Positions 1 to 9,249 of a stretch of DNA of 64,000 bases are shown here, piece after piece (within the stretch, counting starts at the first letter, position 1; every line of letters starts with the position of its first letter). Origin of the DNA: an uncultured Verrucomicrobiae bacterium (GTDB lineage Bacteria; Verrucomicrobiota; Verrucomicrobiia; Chthoniobacterales; JAFAMB01); NCBI GenBank assembly GCA_963762565.1, contig CAVXLD010000012.1, positions 1 through 64,000 on the forward strand, read 5' to 3'. A model generated the notes under the pieces. It did no database searches. It saw nothing but the letters and a program-made list of their open reading frames with translations, and was not told the origin of the DNA. The position numbers and the translations under genes were made by a program.

Positions 1-1147
1 GCCACGTGCGCCGATATAGCGCGAACTCATCAAACAAGCGCAACAACTCCCGGGCAAACTCGATCGGCCCAAAACTGATCGCACGTTTCTTACCACGCTC
101 GATTAGGGTAGACTGCAGCTCTTTGTCCTGAAGAATGCTGATCAAAGCATCGCTCCAGAGCTCGTGGTTCGTTGGATCGACCAAAATCGCTGCGTCACCC
201 ATCTGTTCCTCGGCCCCTGGAATCCGCCCTGCCACCACCGGACATCCCAGCGCAAAGGCTTCCAAGGGCGGAAAATTCTCTGGCCCGAAAAGGCTGGGAA
301 ACACTAAAGCGGCCGCCCTCTGGTAAAGAGGAACGAGATCCGGCTGGCTAACAAATCCACCGAGGATGACTTGTTCTTCCAGACCTAATTGCGCGATTTT
401 CTCTGTTAGAAAGGGCTGGTTTTTTCGGTCCGATCCAGTCAGCACCAGCTGCAGGTTTTGTCCATACCGCTCCTTCAGATCCTTCAACATCAATAGAAGC
501 AGGATATGATTCTTGTGCGGCCACAATTGGGCGGGATAAAAAACATATGCCCGGTCGACCCCTAATCGCCGGAATAAGCCTTCCACGTCCGGGTGGGGCT
601 TTGGGGCGAGCGCAAAGGCTGGCGTCGGATGATGGATCGACCGCACTCTCTCGGGTGCTACCTGATAGAAAGCGATTATCTCATCTTTTCCCACATCGTT
701 GGGCGCGATGATGTATGCAGCGCGCTGCAGCGACCGGCGATACATTTCTTCGCGCCGGTCGAATTCGTTGAATAGGCTGACCTCGGGAAAGAATGGTTGC
801 CGCCGGTGCTGAAGATCCCAAATCGTGCTGATATACGGAATATCCAGAATTTCTCCCATCCAGGGTTGGAGATAGCAGACCAAGTCTAAGTTTCCTGCGG
901 CGATATCCGGGTAATACTCATAATCCCGAGCTGGTGGCCTGACCAAAAGCTCGGCCTGATGAAGCGTGAGCCACGGCAGTTTGATGTCGTCCAGATGGCC
1001 CGGCTTCTCCGGTTCGTAACCGATCAGATAAAACGTGTGCTTAGTTTCCTGGAGAACACCGTTGATCGCTTGCAGAATTTCTTGGATGTAGGTAAGCCCT
1101 CCGCCGATCTGCGGGTCATCTTTAGAAATTGCGATTCCGATTCTCAT
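1..1147 (-). CDS. Glycosyltransferase family 4 protein (3' end runs off the window)
   Basis: Hand translation from ATG 1147: MRIGIAISKDDPQIGGGLTY...FYPAQLWPHKNH...GPENFPPLEAFALGCPVV (GT-B/GT4 motif). Absent from the ORF track because no stop lies in the window. Confidence 0.85.
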   Translation of the reverse strand, partial: MRIGIAISKDDPQIGGGLTYIQEILQAINGVLQETKHTFYLIGYEPEKPGHLDDIKLPWLTLHQAELLVRPPARDYEYYPDIAAGNLDLVCYLQPWMGEILDIPYISTIWDLQHRRQPFFPEVSLFNEFDRREEMYRRSLQRAAYIIAPNDVGKDEIIAFYQVAPERVRSIHHPTPAFALAPKPHPDVEGLFRRLGVDRAYVFYPAQLWPHKNHILLLLMLKDLKERYGQNLQLVLTGSDRKNQPFLTEKIAQLGLEEQVILGGFVSQPDLVPLYQRAAALVFPSLFGPENFPPLEAFALGCPVVAGRIPGAEEQMGDAAILVDPTNHELWSDALISILQDKELQSTLIERGKKRAISFGPIEFARELLRLFDEFALYRRTW

Positions 1148-1158
1148 TTCGTTTTTCC

Positions 1159-2109
1159 TTACCGCAACAGGTCGCCAACCATTCGCATTTTGCGCTCAAT
1201 CACATCCCACACTTGAAGATCTTTGATTAGATCGAAGCCTTTTTCCTGGCCGACGTAATTGGGGTTGCCGGTCCGGTCCCGGCCCTCTCTGAATTTTGCC
1301 GCCACGAGGCCCTGTGGCAATGAGGGTTGGCAAAACGCGGCTGCGTACTCGCCGCGCACAAAGTACGCGTTGTTCCCAGCGCTGTTACAGCCAATCCACA
1401 GATACCCTTTTTCACCGGCCAGAAAACAGAGAGCCTTAAGCGATGTTCCCCAATACAAAAACGAGTAGTGAGCCTTTTCCCGGACGAAATCCGCCTGGTA
1501 CGGTATGGTAACCGCCTCTCGACTTCCGAAGATCCCGTTAAATTCAACAATCACCACCGCGGGGTCCACCACCGTGATCGCCTCCCAGATCCAGTAATCG
1601 TTGCCATCAACATCAACACTCAAAATCCCAAGTCGCCCGGAAAATCCAGCCTCTTGGATGATGGCGTTGATGTTGTCGCGAGTAATGAAGCGGGCCAGAG
1701 CAGTGACATCATTTCTCCAATACAGTGCCTCGCTCCGAATCGAAGCCACATTATCCTCGCTTCCATCCATAACCAGCCCTGTCCAGTTGTCGTTCAGCAA
1801 CAAAAACCGGGTATTGGATTCTCGATAATTCTCGACACCAAATTCAATAAAGCGGCGGTCGCTCTTAGCCAAACTAAGCCGGCTAATGATGTATTGAATG
1901 ATCCCATCATCGCCGAATTGCGAAAAAACGCGGAACTCAGCCTGCTCAAGTGCAATTGGATTTTTGAGGGATCGAAACTCACGCACCATCGGCTGCGCAG
2001 CCAATATCTTCGTCTGGTCGACCTGATCAGCCAGAGTATTGAGCTGGCGGTAGAGCGCCCAGATCGCATCGGGTTGAAAGTCGGAGCCCATGGCGCGATC
2101 AAACAACAT
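1159..2109 (-). CDS. Conserved hypothetical protein, FkbM-like methyltransferase fold, typical of polysaccharide loci
   Basis: VFSQFGDDGII, FIEFGVENYRESNT and LSVDVDGNDYWIW motifs. Co-oriented 11 bp upstream of the GT4 gene. Confidence 0.7.
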   Translation of the reverse strand: MLFDRAMGSDFQPDAIWALYRQLNTLADQVDQTKILAAQPMVREFRSLKNPIALEQAEFRVFSQFGDDGIIQYIISRLSLAKSDRRFIEFGVENYRESNTRFLLLNDNWTGLVMDGSEDNVASIRSEALYWRNDVTALARFITRDNINAIIQEAGFSGRLGILSVDVDGNDYWIWEAITVVDPAVVIVEFNGIFGSREAVTIPYQADFVREKAHYSFLYWGTSLKALCFLAGEKGYLWIGCNSAGNNAYFVRGEYAAAFCQPSLPQGLVAAKFREGRDRTGNPNYVGQEKGFDLIKDLQVWDVIERKMRMVGDLLR

Positions 2110-2243
2110 TTCATCCTAGCGTCAAGCGCCAATCCGTTGCGATTTCGTTCTCGTCTTCGTCTTCGTCCTCGTACTCGATCTGCAAACCGTGCCCGGAGCC
2201 GGACCGTTCCGTGCCGACGATTGGATTGCATCCCCGTCGAAAT

Positions 2244-2534
2244 TTGTCCCGAAGGGACGGAGTGATGGTAGCGACTCGACTGAGCTCGCCGAAGTCCTGG
2301 CATGAAATGCCTAGAAAATGTGGCCAGAATGGATCCGTCCCGTCTTGTCCGCCATAGCCAGGATGGCGACGGAGAAAGGGCACGGTATGATCGGCGTCGT
2401 TGGTCCCAGAGGTATTTCTCCAGGGACCCACCGGGCTTGCACCTATTCATACCGTCCCTCCAGGACGGGTCGCTTGGGGTACCCCTTCCAGGTATTTCAT
2501 GCCTGGCTACCATCATCCGGTCCCTCTGGGACAA
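2244..2534. repeat. Long inverted-repeat (REP/REPIN-like) element with two nested mini-insertions
   Basis: Left arm ttgtcccgaagggacggagtgatggtagc..ctggcatgaaatgcct is the inverse of right arm aggtatttcatgcctggctaccatcatccggtccctctgggacaa. Related half-copies occur at ~11570-11610 and ~29989-30020. Confidence 0.75.
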
Positions 2535-2890
2535 GAGGTTCTTCGTTTTCGATTCGAAACCACTCCCTGCTTAGCCTTCGGGAACTTCCATCGACCCGCA
2601 GAAACCACCTGCGATCCTCGCCCGTTTCGCACGCCTTTTCTCCACGGACGATTGCGCCTCAAGTTCGCCGAAACCCACCCCGCTGAAAACTCCAATCGAT
2701 TCAATCGTGATACAAGTTCAAATCTAGTTTTGCTTGACGAAGACTATTTCGCTCTATTATCAATTCGAAACCAAACGAAATCACCTCGTTTGTCCCCAGT
2801 ACGATGCGCTTACCGCGTTAAACGACTGGGAACGGATTAGCCAACCCGGCATTTGAACCCCAGAAAGGATTAACGAAAAACTGCATGCTT

Positions 2891-2965
2891 CCTGTCGCGC
2901 TGTCTTGTCCTCCATAGTCCGGCTCAGCCGGACGACGGAGGAAGGCTGAAGCCTGCGAAGGCGGA
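2891..2965 (+). repeat. Hairpin mini-element nested within another copy of the same family
   Basis: Outer cctgtcgcgc...gcgaaggcgga, inner cttgtcctccatag...gacggagga (2904-2942). Confidence 0.6.
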
Positions 2966-3001
2966 CGGCGCGTCGGAGCGTTCCCCTGAGAGACCAAAGA
3001 A

Positions 3002-3958
3002 ATGAAATTTACAAAAATCGCGAACGTTCTCGTTCCAGCTATCGCCATGCTCACAATGGCGTTTGGCAGTCCACCTGCCAAAGCAGCGGATCAAAAGGTC
3101 AAAATCGGCGTCGCCATGGCGCTCTTCGACGACGTTTGGTTGACCTATGTCCGAGATGCCATCACGGCTTGGGGTAAAAAGCACCCCGACGTCGATATTA
3201 CTATCGTCGATGCTAACAACGACACCGCCAAGCAGGTGGGTCAGGTTGAGAACTTCCTGGCAGAGGGCATGGATGCGGTCGTCGTCCTACCGGTCGACAC
3301 GGCCGCAACCGGACCGATGACCAAGTCAGTCGTCGCCGCCGGGAAACCTCTAGTCTACGTGAACCGCCTGCCATCCAACCTGCCGAAGAATGTTGTCTAT
3401 TGCGGTTCGAACTCGATCGAAGCCGGGATCATGAACATGCAAGAGCTTGGGAAAGCCATGGGCGGCAAAGGCAACGTAGTGATTCTCATGGGTGAGCTCA
3501 GCAACGAGGCCGCCATCGGCCGGACCGATGGGATCAAGAAAGTCGTTAAGGAGAACTTCCCCAACATTAAGATCGTCCGAGAACAGACCGGCAACTGGAA
3601 GCGCGAACAGGGCAAGACCATCATGGAGAACTGGCTCGCCTCCGGACAAGAGATCGACGGTGTGGCTTCCAATAACGACGAGATGGCGCTTGGCGCACTC
3701 CAGGCCATCAAGGCCGCAGGAAAGTTAGGCAAGATTCCCGTGGGCGGTACGGACGGCAGCCATGACGCCCTCGAATCCATGGAGCACAACGAGCTCAACA
3801 ATACGGTTTTCCAGGACCCGGTCGGTCAGGGTGAGGAAGCAGTCAACGCTGCTTATCTGATGGTCAAGAAAGAGGCCAACCCAAAAGTGGTGGATGGCAA
3901 GATCTGGATTCCGTATCAAAAGATCACCAAAGAAAACTACAAGCAGTACATGAAGTAG
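3002..3958 (+). CDS. Sugar ABC transporter substrate-binding protein (ribose/inositol/rhizopine-like)
   Basis: Signal peptide, periplasmic binding type I motifs (ASNNDEMALGA, TVFQDPVGQG), first gene of the ABC operon. Confidence 0.9.
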   Translation: MKFTKIANVLVPAIAMLTMAFGSPPAKAADQKVKIGVAMALFDDVWLTYVRDAITAWGKKHPDVDITIVDANNDTAKQVGQVENFLAEGMDAVVVLPVDTAATGPMTKSVVAAGKPLVYVNRLPSNLPKNVVYCGSNSIEAGIMNMQELGKAMGGKGNVVILMGELSNEAAIGRTDGIKKVVKENFPNIKIVREQTGNWKREQGKTIMENWLASGQEIDGVASNNDEMALGALQAIKAAGKLGKIPVGGTDGSHDALESMEHNELNNTVFQDPVGQGEEAVNAAYLMVKKEANPKVVDGKIWIPYQKITKENYKQYMK

Positions 3959-3964
3959 AGCAAT

Positions 3965-4142
3965 GCGCTACGCGCTATGACAGATGACAAATAACAAATG
4001 ACAAATGCGGCACTGGCGTCACCCCTCAGTGGATTAATTTTGCTATGCCATACGACATTTGTACGATCGATCCCTGAAGGCGCACGCCGCCCAATTTGTC
4101 ATCTGTCATTTGTCATCTGTCATTTCTTCTAGCGCGTAGCGC
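3965..4142. repeat. Palindromic cassette with heptamer (ATGACAR) tandem arms
   Basis: gcgctacgcgcta-tgacagatgacaaataacaaatgacaaat is inverted against atttgtcatctgtcatttgtcatctgtca...tagcgcgtagcgc. Confidence 0.8.
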
Positions 4143-4157
4143 CCCCGGAGGCGACTG

Positions 4158-5669
4158 ATGGGAACTGATTACGTGCTCGAAATGGAAAATATTTCGAAGG
4201 GGTTTCCCGGCGTCCGGGCATTGACCAATGTCCAGCTCCGGGTGCGCAAAGCCACCGTCCATGGTTTGATGGGAGAGAACGGCGCGGGCAAGTCCACGCT
4301 GATGAAGTGTTTGATTGGTATCTACGTCCCGGATTCGGGAACCATCACTTTCAAGGGTGAGAAGTTGCATATCACCAGCACCCATTACGCGTTGTCCAAA
4401 GGCATCTCCATGATTCATCAGGAGCTGTCGCCGGTCCCCCAGATGACCGTTGCCGAAAATATCTATCTCGGGCGTGAGCCACTGACCTGGTACGGCCTGG
4501 TGGATGTGCCGAAAATGAACCAGATGGCAACTGAGCTCCTGGATCGTCTGCATATTAAGATCAAGCCCACGGCCCGGATGGTGGAGCTTAGTATTGCTCA
4601 AAGCCAGTTAGTCGAAATCGCTAAGGCGGTTTCTTATGATGCTGATTTAATCATCATGGATGAGCCTACCTCGGCCATCACGGAGGCCGAGGTGGATGTT
4701 CTGTTTGCCATTATCCGGTCACTAAAGGCTCACGGCCGCGCCATCATCTACATCACCCACAAGATGGACGAGGTCTTCAAGATCACTGACGAAGTCACGG
4801 TATTCCGAGACGGACAGTACATGGGCACTGAAGCCACCTCCAAGTTAACCCACGGGATCTTGATCGAAAGGATGGTGGGCCGGACCCTGACAGACATGTT
4901 CCACAAAGAAGCGGTCCCAGTGGGAGACACGATGTTGGAAGTAGAAAATCTGAGCGGGCACGGTTTTCGAGATGTTAGTTTTGCCGTCCGGCGAGGTGAA
5001 ATCCTGGGACTAGCGGGACTCATGGGAGCGGGACGCACGGAATTGATAGAAGGTGTTTTTGGAGTAACTCGCACGCATGGCGGAACCATTCGGATCAAGG
5101 GTAAGACCGTGCCCGTCAGGTCTCCCAAAGACGCTATCGCTGCCGGGATGGCGCTACTAACCGAAGACCGGAAGCTCACCGGACTCTATATCAACGCCAC
5201 GGTGCGAGAAAATATGTTCATTGCCAACATCCACAGCTATCTGGTTGGACCTTTTGTCCGTTTTCGTAAGATTGAAAAGGACTGTGAAAGGATGCGAGGC
5301 GTGATGCGGATAAAGACCCCCAGCCTGCTGGAAATTATTAAAAACCTTTCTGGTGGGAATCAACAGAAGGTATTGATTTCGCGTTGGCTGTTAACCGATC
5401 CGGATCTTCTGATCCTCGATGAGCCCACCAGAGGCATCGATGTAGGCGCAAAATCTGAGGTTTATCGGTTAATGACTGAATTCGTAAAAAGCGGTCGTTC
5501 GATCATCATGATTTCATCAGAGTTACCTGAGGTTCTGGGAATGAGCGACCGCATTATGGTCATGCATGAAGGCGATAAAGTCGGCGAGCTAATGCGAGCC
5601 GAGGCCACCCAAGAAAAGATCCTGCAAATGGCGACCGGCATGAAAATCGCCACCGAACTCGCTGCCTAA
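4158..5669 (+). CDS. Sugar ABC transporter ATP-binding protein (RbsA/MglA type)
   Basis: GENGAGKST Walker A, IIMDEPT, LSGGNQQK, ILDEPTRGIDVGAK. Two ABC domains. Confidence 0.95.
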   Translation: MGTDYVLEMENISKGFPGVRALTNVQLRVRKATVHGLMGENGAGKSTLMKCLIGIYVPDSGTITFKGEKLHITSTHYALSKGISMIHQELSPVPQMTVAENIYLGREPLTWYGLVDVPKMNQMATELLDRLHIKIKPTARMVELSIAQSQLVEIAKAVSYDADLIIMDEPTSAITEAEVDVLFAIIRSLKAHGRAIIYITHKMDEVFKITDEVTVFRDGQYMGTEATSKLTHGILIERMVGRTLTDMFHKEAVPVGDTMLEVENLSGHGFRDVSFAVRRGEILGLAGLMGAGRTELIEGVFGVTRTHGGTIRIKGKTVPVRSPKDAIAAGMALLTEDRKLTGLYINATVRENMFIANIHSYLVGPFVRFRKIEKDCERMRGVMRIKTPSLLEIIKNLSGGNQQKVLISRWLLTDPDLLILDEPTRGIDVGAKSEVYRLMTEFVKSGRSIIMISSELPEVLGMSDRIMVMHEGDKVGELMRAEATQEKILQMATGMKIATELAA

Positions 5670-5681
5670 TAGAGTTGAGTT

Positions 5682-6710
5682 ATGGAAACCCCTGCAGTCG
5701 TGGCCGAGGCTCAACCAGCGAAATGGCGCCAGGCAGCTGGCCTTTTCAGAACTATCTTCAGAAAGTATGGCATCTTTCTGGTGTTCATCGCGATGCTCAT
5801 TGTCGCGTCGTTTCTGTCGCCTGCGTTTCTAAGCAAGACTAACCTCATTAATGTCGTCCGGCAGATGTCAGTTGTCGGACTAATCTCTCTCGGCGTTACT
5901 GGTGTCATCGTTAGCGCAGGGATCGATTTGTCATCCGGTTCCGTTGTCGGGTTGTCAGCTGTTGTTGCCGCCAGTCTTGCCCAGTTGCCGGATTACCCGG
6001 CTGCGTTCTACAAAGGCCTTCAATTGCCGGTATTTGTCGCGGTGCTGGCAGCCTGCGGCGTTGGCGCTCTGGTTGGACTCCTTAACGGCAGCCTGGTTGC
6101 TAAGACCCGGATACCCCCTTTTATCGCGACACTAGGCACTTTAACTACCATCCGCGGCTTGGCCTACTTGTACACTAGCGGGCGGCCCATCTCGGATTTG
6201 ACCGACGATTACAATTTCATTGGTCAAGGCGATTACTTTGGTATTCCGGTTCCGATTCTAATTCTGGTGATAATGGCGATCGTCACCCACGTGCTGTATT
6301 CGCAAACCAAATTTGGCAAATACATATACGCGATCGGTGGCAATGAGCAGGCGGCGAGGGTTTCGGGCATCAACGTCGCGAAATACAAGATGTTGATGTA
6401 CGTCTATGCCGGACTTTTGTCGGGACTAGCCGGGTTGGTGGTATCAGCGAGGATTGGTTCGGGTCAGTCCGGACAGGGGGTTGGTTATGAACTCGACGCC
6501 ATCGCCGCTGCCGTAATCGGTGGAGCCTCGCTCTCCGCCGGGGGTATCGGCACCGTGGCCGGCACTGTCGTAGGCGCGCTTATCATCGGCGTATTAAACA
6601 ATATCCTCGACCTGACTGGCGTCTCCGCTTACTGGCAACAGATCATCAAAGGCTGCATCATTGTCGGCGCCGTCATCATCGACCAGCTCAAACATCACGG
6701 AAGCAAGTGA
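5682..6710 (+). CDS. Sugar ABC transporter permease (RbsC type)
   Basis: [31 protein letters not shown] and [13 protein letters not shown] motifs. Confidence 0.95.
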   Translation: METPAVVAEAQPAKWRQAAGLFRTIFRKYGIFLVFIAMLIVASFLSPAFLSKTNLINVVRQMSVVGLISLGVTGVIVSAGIDLSSGSVVGLSAVVAASLAQLPDYPAAFYKGLQLPVFVAVLAACGVGALVGLLNGSLVAKTRIPPFIATLGTLTTIRGLAYLYTSGRPISDLTDDYNFIGQGDYFGIPVPILILVIMAIVTHVLYSQTKFGKYIYAIGGNEQAARVSGINVAKYKMLMYVYAGLLSGLAGLVVSARIGSGQSGQGVGYELDAIAAAVIGGASLSAGGIGTVAGTVVGALIIGVLNNILDLTGVSAYWQQIIKGCIIVGAVIIDQLKHHGSK

Positions 6711-6714
6711 CGGC

Positions 6715-7000
6715 GTGGAGCGCTGCCTCGCTCCCGCCTTCGCAAGGCCTACGGCGCGACAGGTGCGAGGCCGAAGGGGCCGCCACCCGTGGAGCGTGCC
6801 TCGCTTGCGAGGCCGAAGGGGTCGCCACCCGTGGAGCGCGCCTCGCTTGCGAGGCCGAAAGGGGTCGCCACCCGTGGAGCGTGCCTCGCTTGCGAGGCCG
6901 AAAGGGGTCGCCACCCGTGGAGCGCGCCTCGCTTGCGAGGCCGAAAGGGGTCGCCACCCGTGGAGCGTGCCTCGCTTGCGAGGCCGTGGTGAACAAGGAG
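6715..7000 (+). repeat. Tandem array of five 42-43 bp REP-like units plus flanks
   Basis: Unit gcgaggccgaa(a)ggggtcgccacccgtggagcgYgcctcgctt starts at 6765, 6807, 6849, 6892 and 6935. The hairpin gcctcgc-tt-gcgaggc spans unit junctions. No spacers. Confidence 0.9.
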
Positions 7001-7153
7001 AACGACCTCATTTGGAGCCCTTGCCTGTGCCGTGCTCTATCGTTTAGCGATGGAGGATTCGGGGCGCCTCTTGCTTACTATCTCCGGTAGCAGATCTAAT
7101 CCTCAATTGGCTGATACAGAGCGTCGAACAGGCAAGAGTCTCGATGACGTTAG

Positions 7154-7269
7154 CTCCTTGCTCACCACGGCCTCGCAAGCGAGGCACGCTCCACGGGTGG
7201 CGACCCCTTCCGGCCTCGCACCTGTCGCGCCGCAGGCCTTGCGAAGGCGGAAGCGAGGCAGCGCTCCAC
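7154..7269 (-). repeat. Inverted single-unit copy of the 6715-7000 element
   Basis: Reverse complement matches the 6715-7000 flanks with only one repeat unit. Another single copy lies at ~10700-10765. Confidence 0.85.
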
Positions 7270-7272
7270 ACT

Positions 7273-8226
7273 TCACGGTAACCGCTTCACGGTTTCGGTC
7301 AGCAGCCCGTAGAAACCGTCGCTATCAACTTCACTGAGCCAAAGCGCGTTAGCCGGTCTTTGAGTCACTCCTCGCCAATCCACCACGGTTTCACCGACAG
7401 TAAATTCTCCGCGGGTTTCAACCGTAACATTTACCATCCTCCCAGAAAATAACGATGGTTGAAGCAAGTAGGCGATCACCGTCGGATCATGTAACGGACC
7501 GCCCTCGGTTCCCATCAGCTTGCTTTCAATCAAACTGTATGACCGAAGGATCGCGGCAATCAAGGCTCCAGCCCGATTGCCCAGGTTTTCGATGCGTGTC
7601 ACGCGCTCTTTCGTGCTGAGCACTTGATGGGTGACGTCGAGGGGCAAGACCACAATCGGGATGCCACTTCCAAAAACAATGGCGGCTGCTTCCGGATCCG
7701 CATAAACATTGAATTCAGCGGTAGGAGTCACATTACCTTTGATGCGAGATCCGCCACCCATCAACACAACCTCCTTAATCCCGCGCCTGATTTCCGGATC
7801 CTGAACCAAGGCTGCCGCCAGGTTGGTCATTGGCCCGAGGAGACAAAGCGTTACGGTAGCGGGCCACGCATTTCCTAACGTTTTGATCAAGAAATCAACG
7901 GCGTACCCGTTGGCCAGCTCAACTTTCGGCTCTTCCAGTGGCACTCCGTCTAACCCCGTCTGACCATGCACATGTTCAGCCGTGACCGGTTCGCGGACTA
8001 ATGGTCTCGAACATCCGGCGTAAACGGGAATATCGGTTCGATTTGCCCATCCCAAAATGATCCGCGCATTCTTAGCGGTTAAACTAAGCGGAACGTTTCC
8101 CGCCACTGCCGTTAGCGCACGCAGATCCAGCCGGTCGCTCGCCCCCAAAGCGAAAAGGATGGCGACGGCATCATCCTGTCCTGGATCAGTATCGATAATA
8201 ATAGGCCGGCTGTCTTGTCTCGACAT
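7273..8226 (-). CDS. Nucleoside hydrolase (IU-NH/Rih family)
   Basis: IIIDTDPGQDDA, AGNVPL, AEFNVYADPEAA and LHDP motifs. Start trimmed to ATG 8226 because the ORF extension runs through repeats. Confidence 0.92.
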   Translation of the reverse strand: MSRQDSRPIIIDTDPGQDDAVAILFALGASDRLDLRALTAVAGNVPLSLTAKNARIILGWANRTDIPVYAGCSRPLVREPVTAEHVHGQTGLDGVPLEEPKVELANGYAVDFLIKTLGNAWPATVTLCLLGPMTNLAAALVQDPEIRRGIKEVVLMGGGSRIKGNVTPTAEFNVYADPEAAAIVFGSGIPIVVLPLDVTHQVLSTKERVTRIENLGNRAGALIAAILRSYSLIESKLMGTEGGPLHDPTVIAYLLQPSLFSGRMVNVTVETRGEFTVGETVVDWRGVTQRPANALWLSEVDSDGFYGLLTETVKRLP

Positions 8227-8277
8227 GGTTGTATGCATGACGGCGATCAACCGAATTGACAAGCCATCTCCATCGCC

Positions 8278-8456
8278 GGGGAGGGATCGCAGCCAGTCCG
8301 ACATAGCCTCTCTCGCGGGCTTTTTCTTCTCGCCGATGGCGACGTCGGATCCTCGCGATCAGTTGTTACCGAAGCCAACTACGTTCGGAATCAAGGACGA
8401 AATTACACCTTCGACTCGACACGACTTGTTGGCGCGCGAGGACGCGCGCCCTCCCT
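8278..8456. repeat. REP pair of the gggagggcgcgcgtcctcgcgcgcc family with a nested mini-element
   Basis: Same family at ~16450-16477, ~26558-26680, ~31088-31124 and ~34870-34992. Confidence 0.7.
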
Positions 8457-8487
8457 AATTCGGCAGGCCGGCACCCCCGTACCTCAT

Positions 8488-8958
8488 TCACAATGCACTA
8501 CTCGTACTAGCAACCGCTGACTCAACCCGCCGAAGAAGCGTCCGTAATTCCTGTAAAGGCTCAGCACCAATCTCAGAAATGAATTGGCTTTGTATTTTTT
8601 CCCATAACAGAAGACTGCGCTTCAGCTTCTTTCTACCAGCAGCAGTTAACTGCAGCAAGTGTTGGCGCCGGTCTTCACCGCTCGCTACCGCCACCCACCG
8701 CGCCTCGATTAGCGGACGCAAATTGCGAGTAAGAGTTGTCCTGTCCATCCCAAGTCTTTCAGCCAATCCGGTATGGCTGAGTTGCCCTGCGCGGCCGATG
8801 CTCGCCAAGAGCGAATATTGAGTAATCGTAATCTCCGCAGGCGCTAACGCTGAATCGTACAGTGACGTTAGCTTTCGAGTGGCCCTCCGTAAATCGGTGC
8901 AAGTACAAGTACCAAGCTTCGATGGCGGCAAACGATCCTGAGTAACATCATCCGGCAT
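8488..8958 (-). CDS. MarR family transcriptional regulator
   Basis: CTCTDLRRATRKLTSLYD, TITQYSLL, LAERLGMDRTTLTRNL and DRR wing motif. Confidence 0.9.
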   Translation of the reverse strand: MPDDVTQDRLPPSKLGTCTCTDLRRATRKLTSLYDSALAPAEITITQYSLLASIGRAGQLSHTGLAERLGMDRTTLTRNLRPLIEARWVAVASGEDRRQHLLQLTAAGRKKLKRSLLLWEKIQSQFISEIGAEPLQELRTLLRRVESAVASTSSAL

Positions 8959-8997
8959 ATGGTCGAGAGTTAGGGGAAATAAGCACAAAGAAAGGCA

Positions 8998-9237
8998 AAC
9001 CGCAGATGAACGCAGATCGACGCATATAAAGACTTTCAGAGTAACCGCGAATGCACGCGAATTGACACGAATAGGTCCATGTCGGCATCACGGCCGGACA
9101 ACGAATGAGCCTGTGACTCTTCATAGGCGCATCTGGTCAAGGTTGAGCTCATTTTGTGTTTTGATCATCTGCGTCAATCTGCGTTCATCTGCGGTTGATT
9201 ATCTTCCTTTGCGTCCTTTGCGTCCTTTGCGCGAGGT
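8998..9237. repeat. Nested palindromic cassettes of 9-10-mer tandem repeats (AACCGCAGAT... / AACCGCGAAT...)
   Basis: aaccgcagatgaacgcagat is inverted against atctgcgttcatctgcggtt. Family recurs at ~16770-17016, ~22930-23115 and ~28914-28985. Confidence 0.75.
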
Positions 9238-9249
9238 TTGTCTTCCGGC

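Noticed and set aside
2734..2760. Sigma70 promoter for the ABC operon
   Set aside because: TTGACG and TATTAT are only 15 bp apart, which is not convincing.
6765..6986. CRISPR array
   Set aside because: Units are contiguous with no unique spacers, there are no cas genes, and single copies occur elsewhere as REP-like elements.
6594..7337. Repetitive ORFs in several frames
   Set aside because: Translations of the stop-free tandem repeat with no evidence of coding function.
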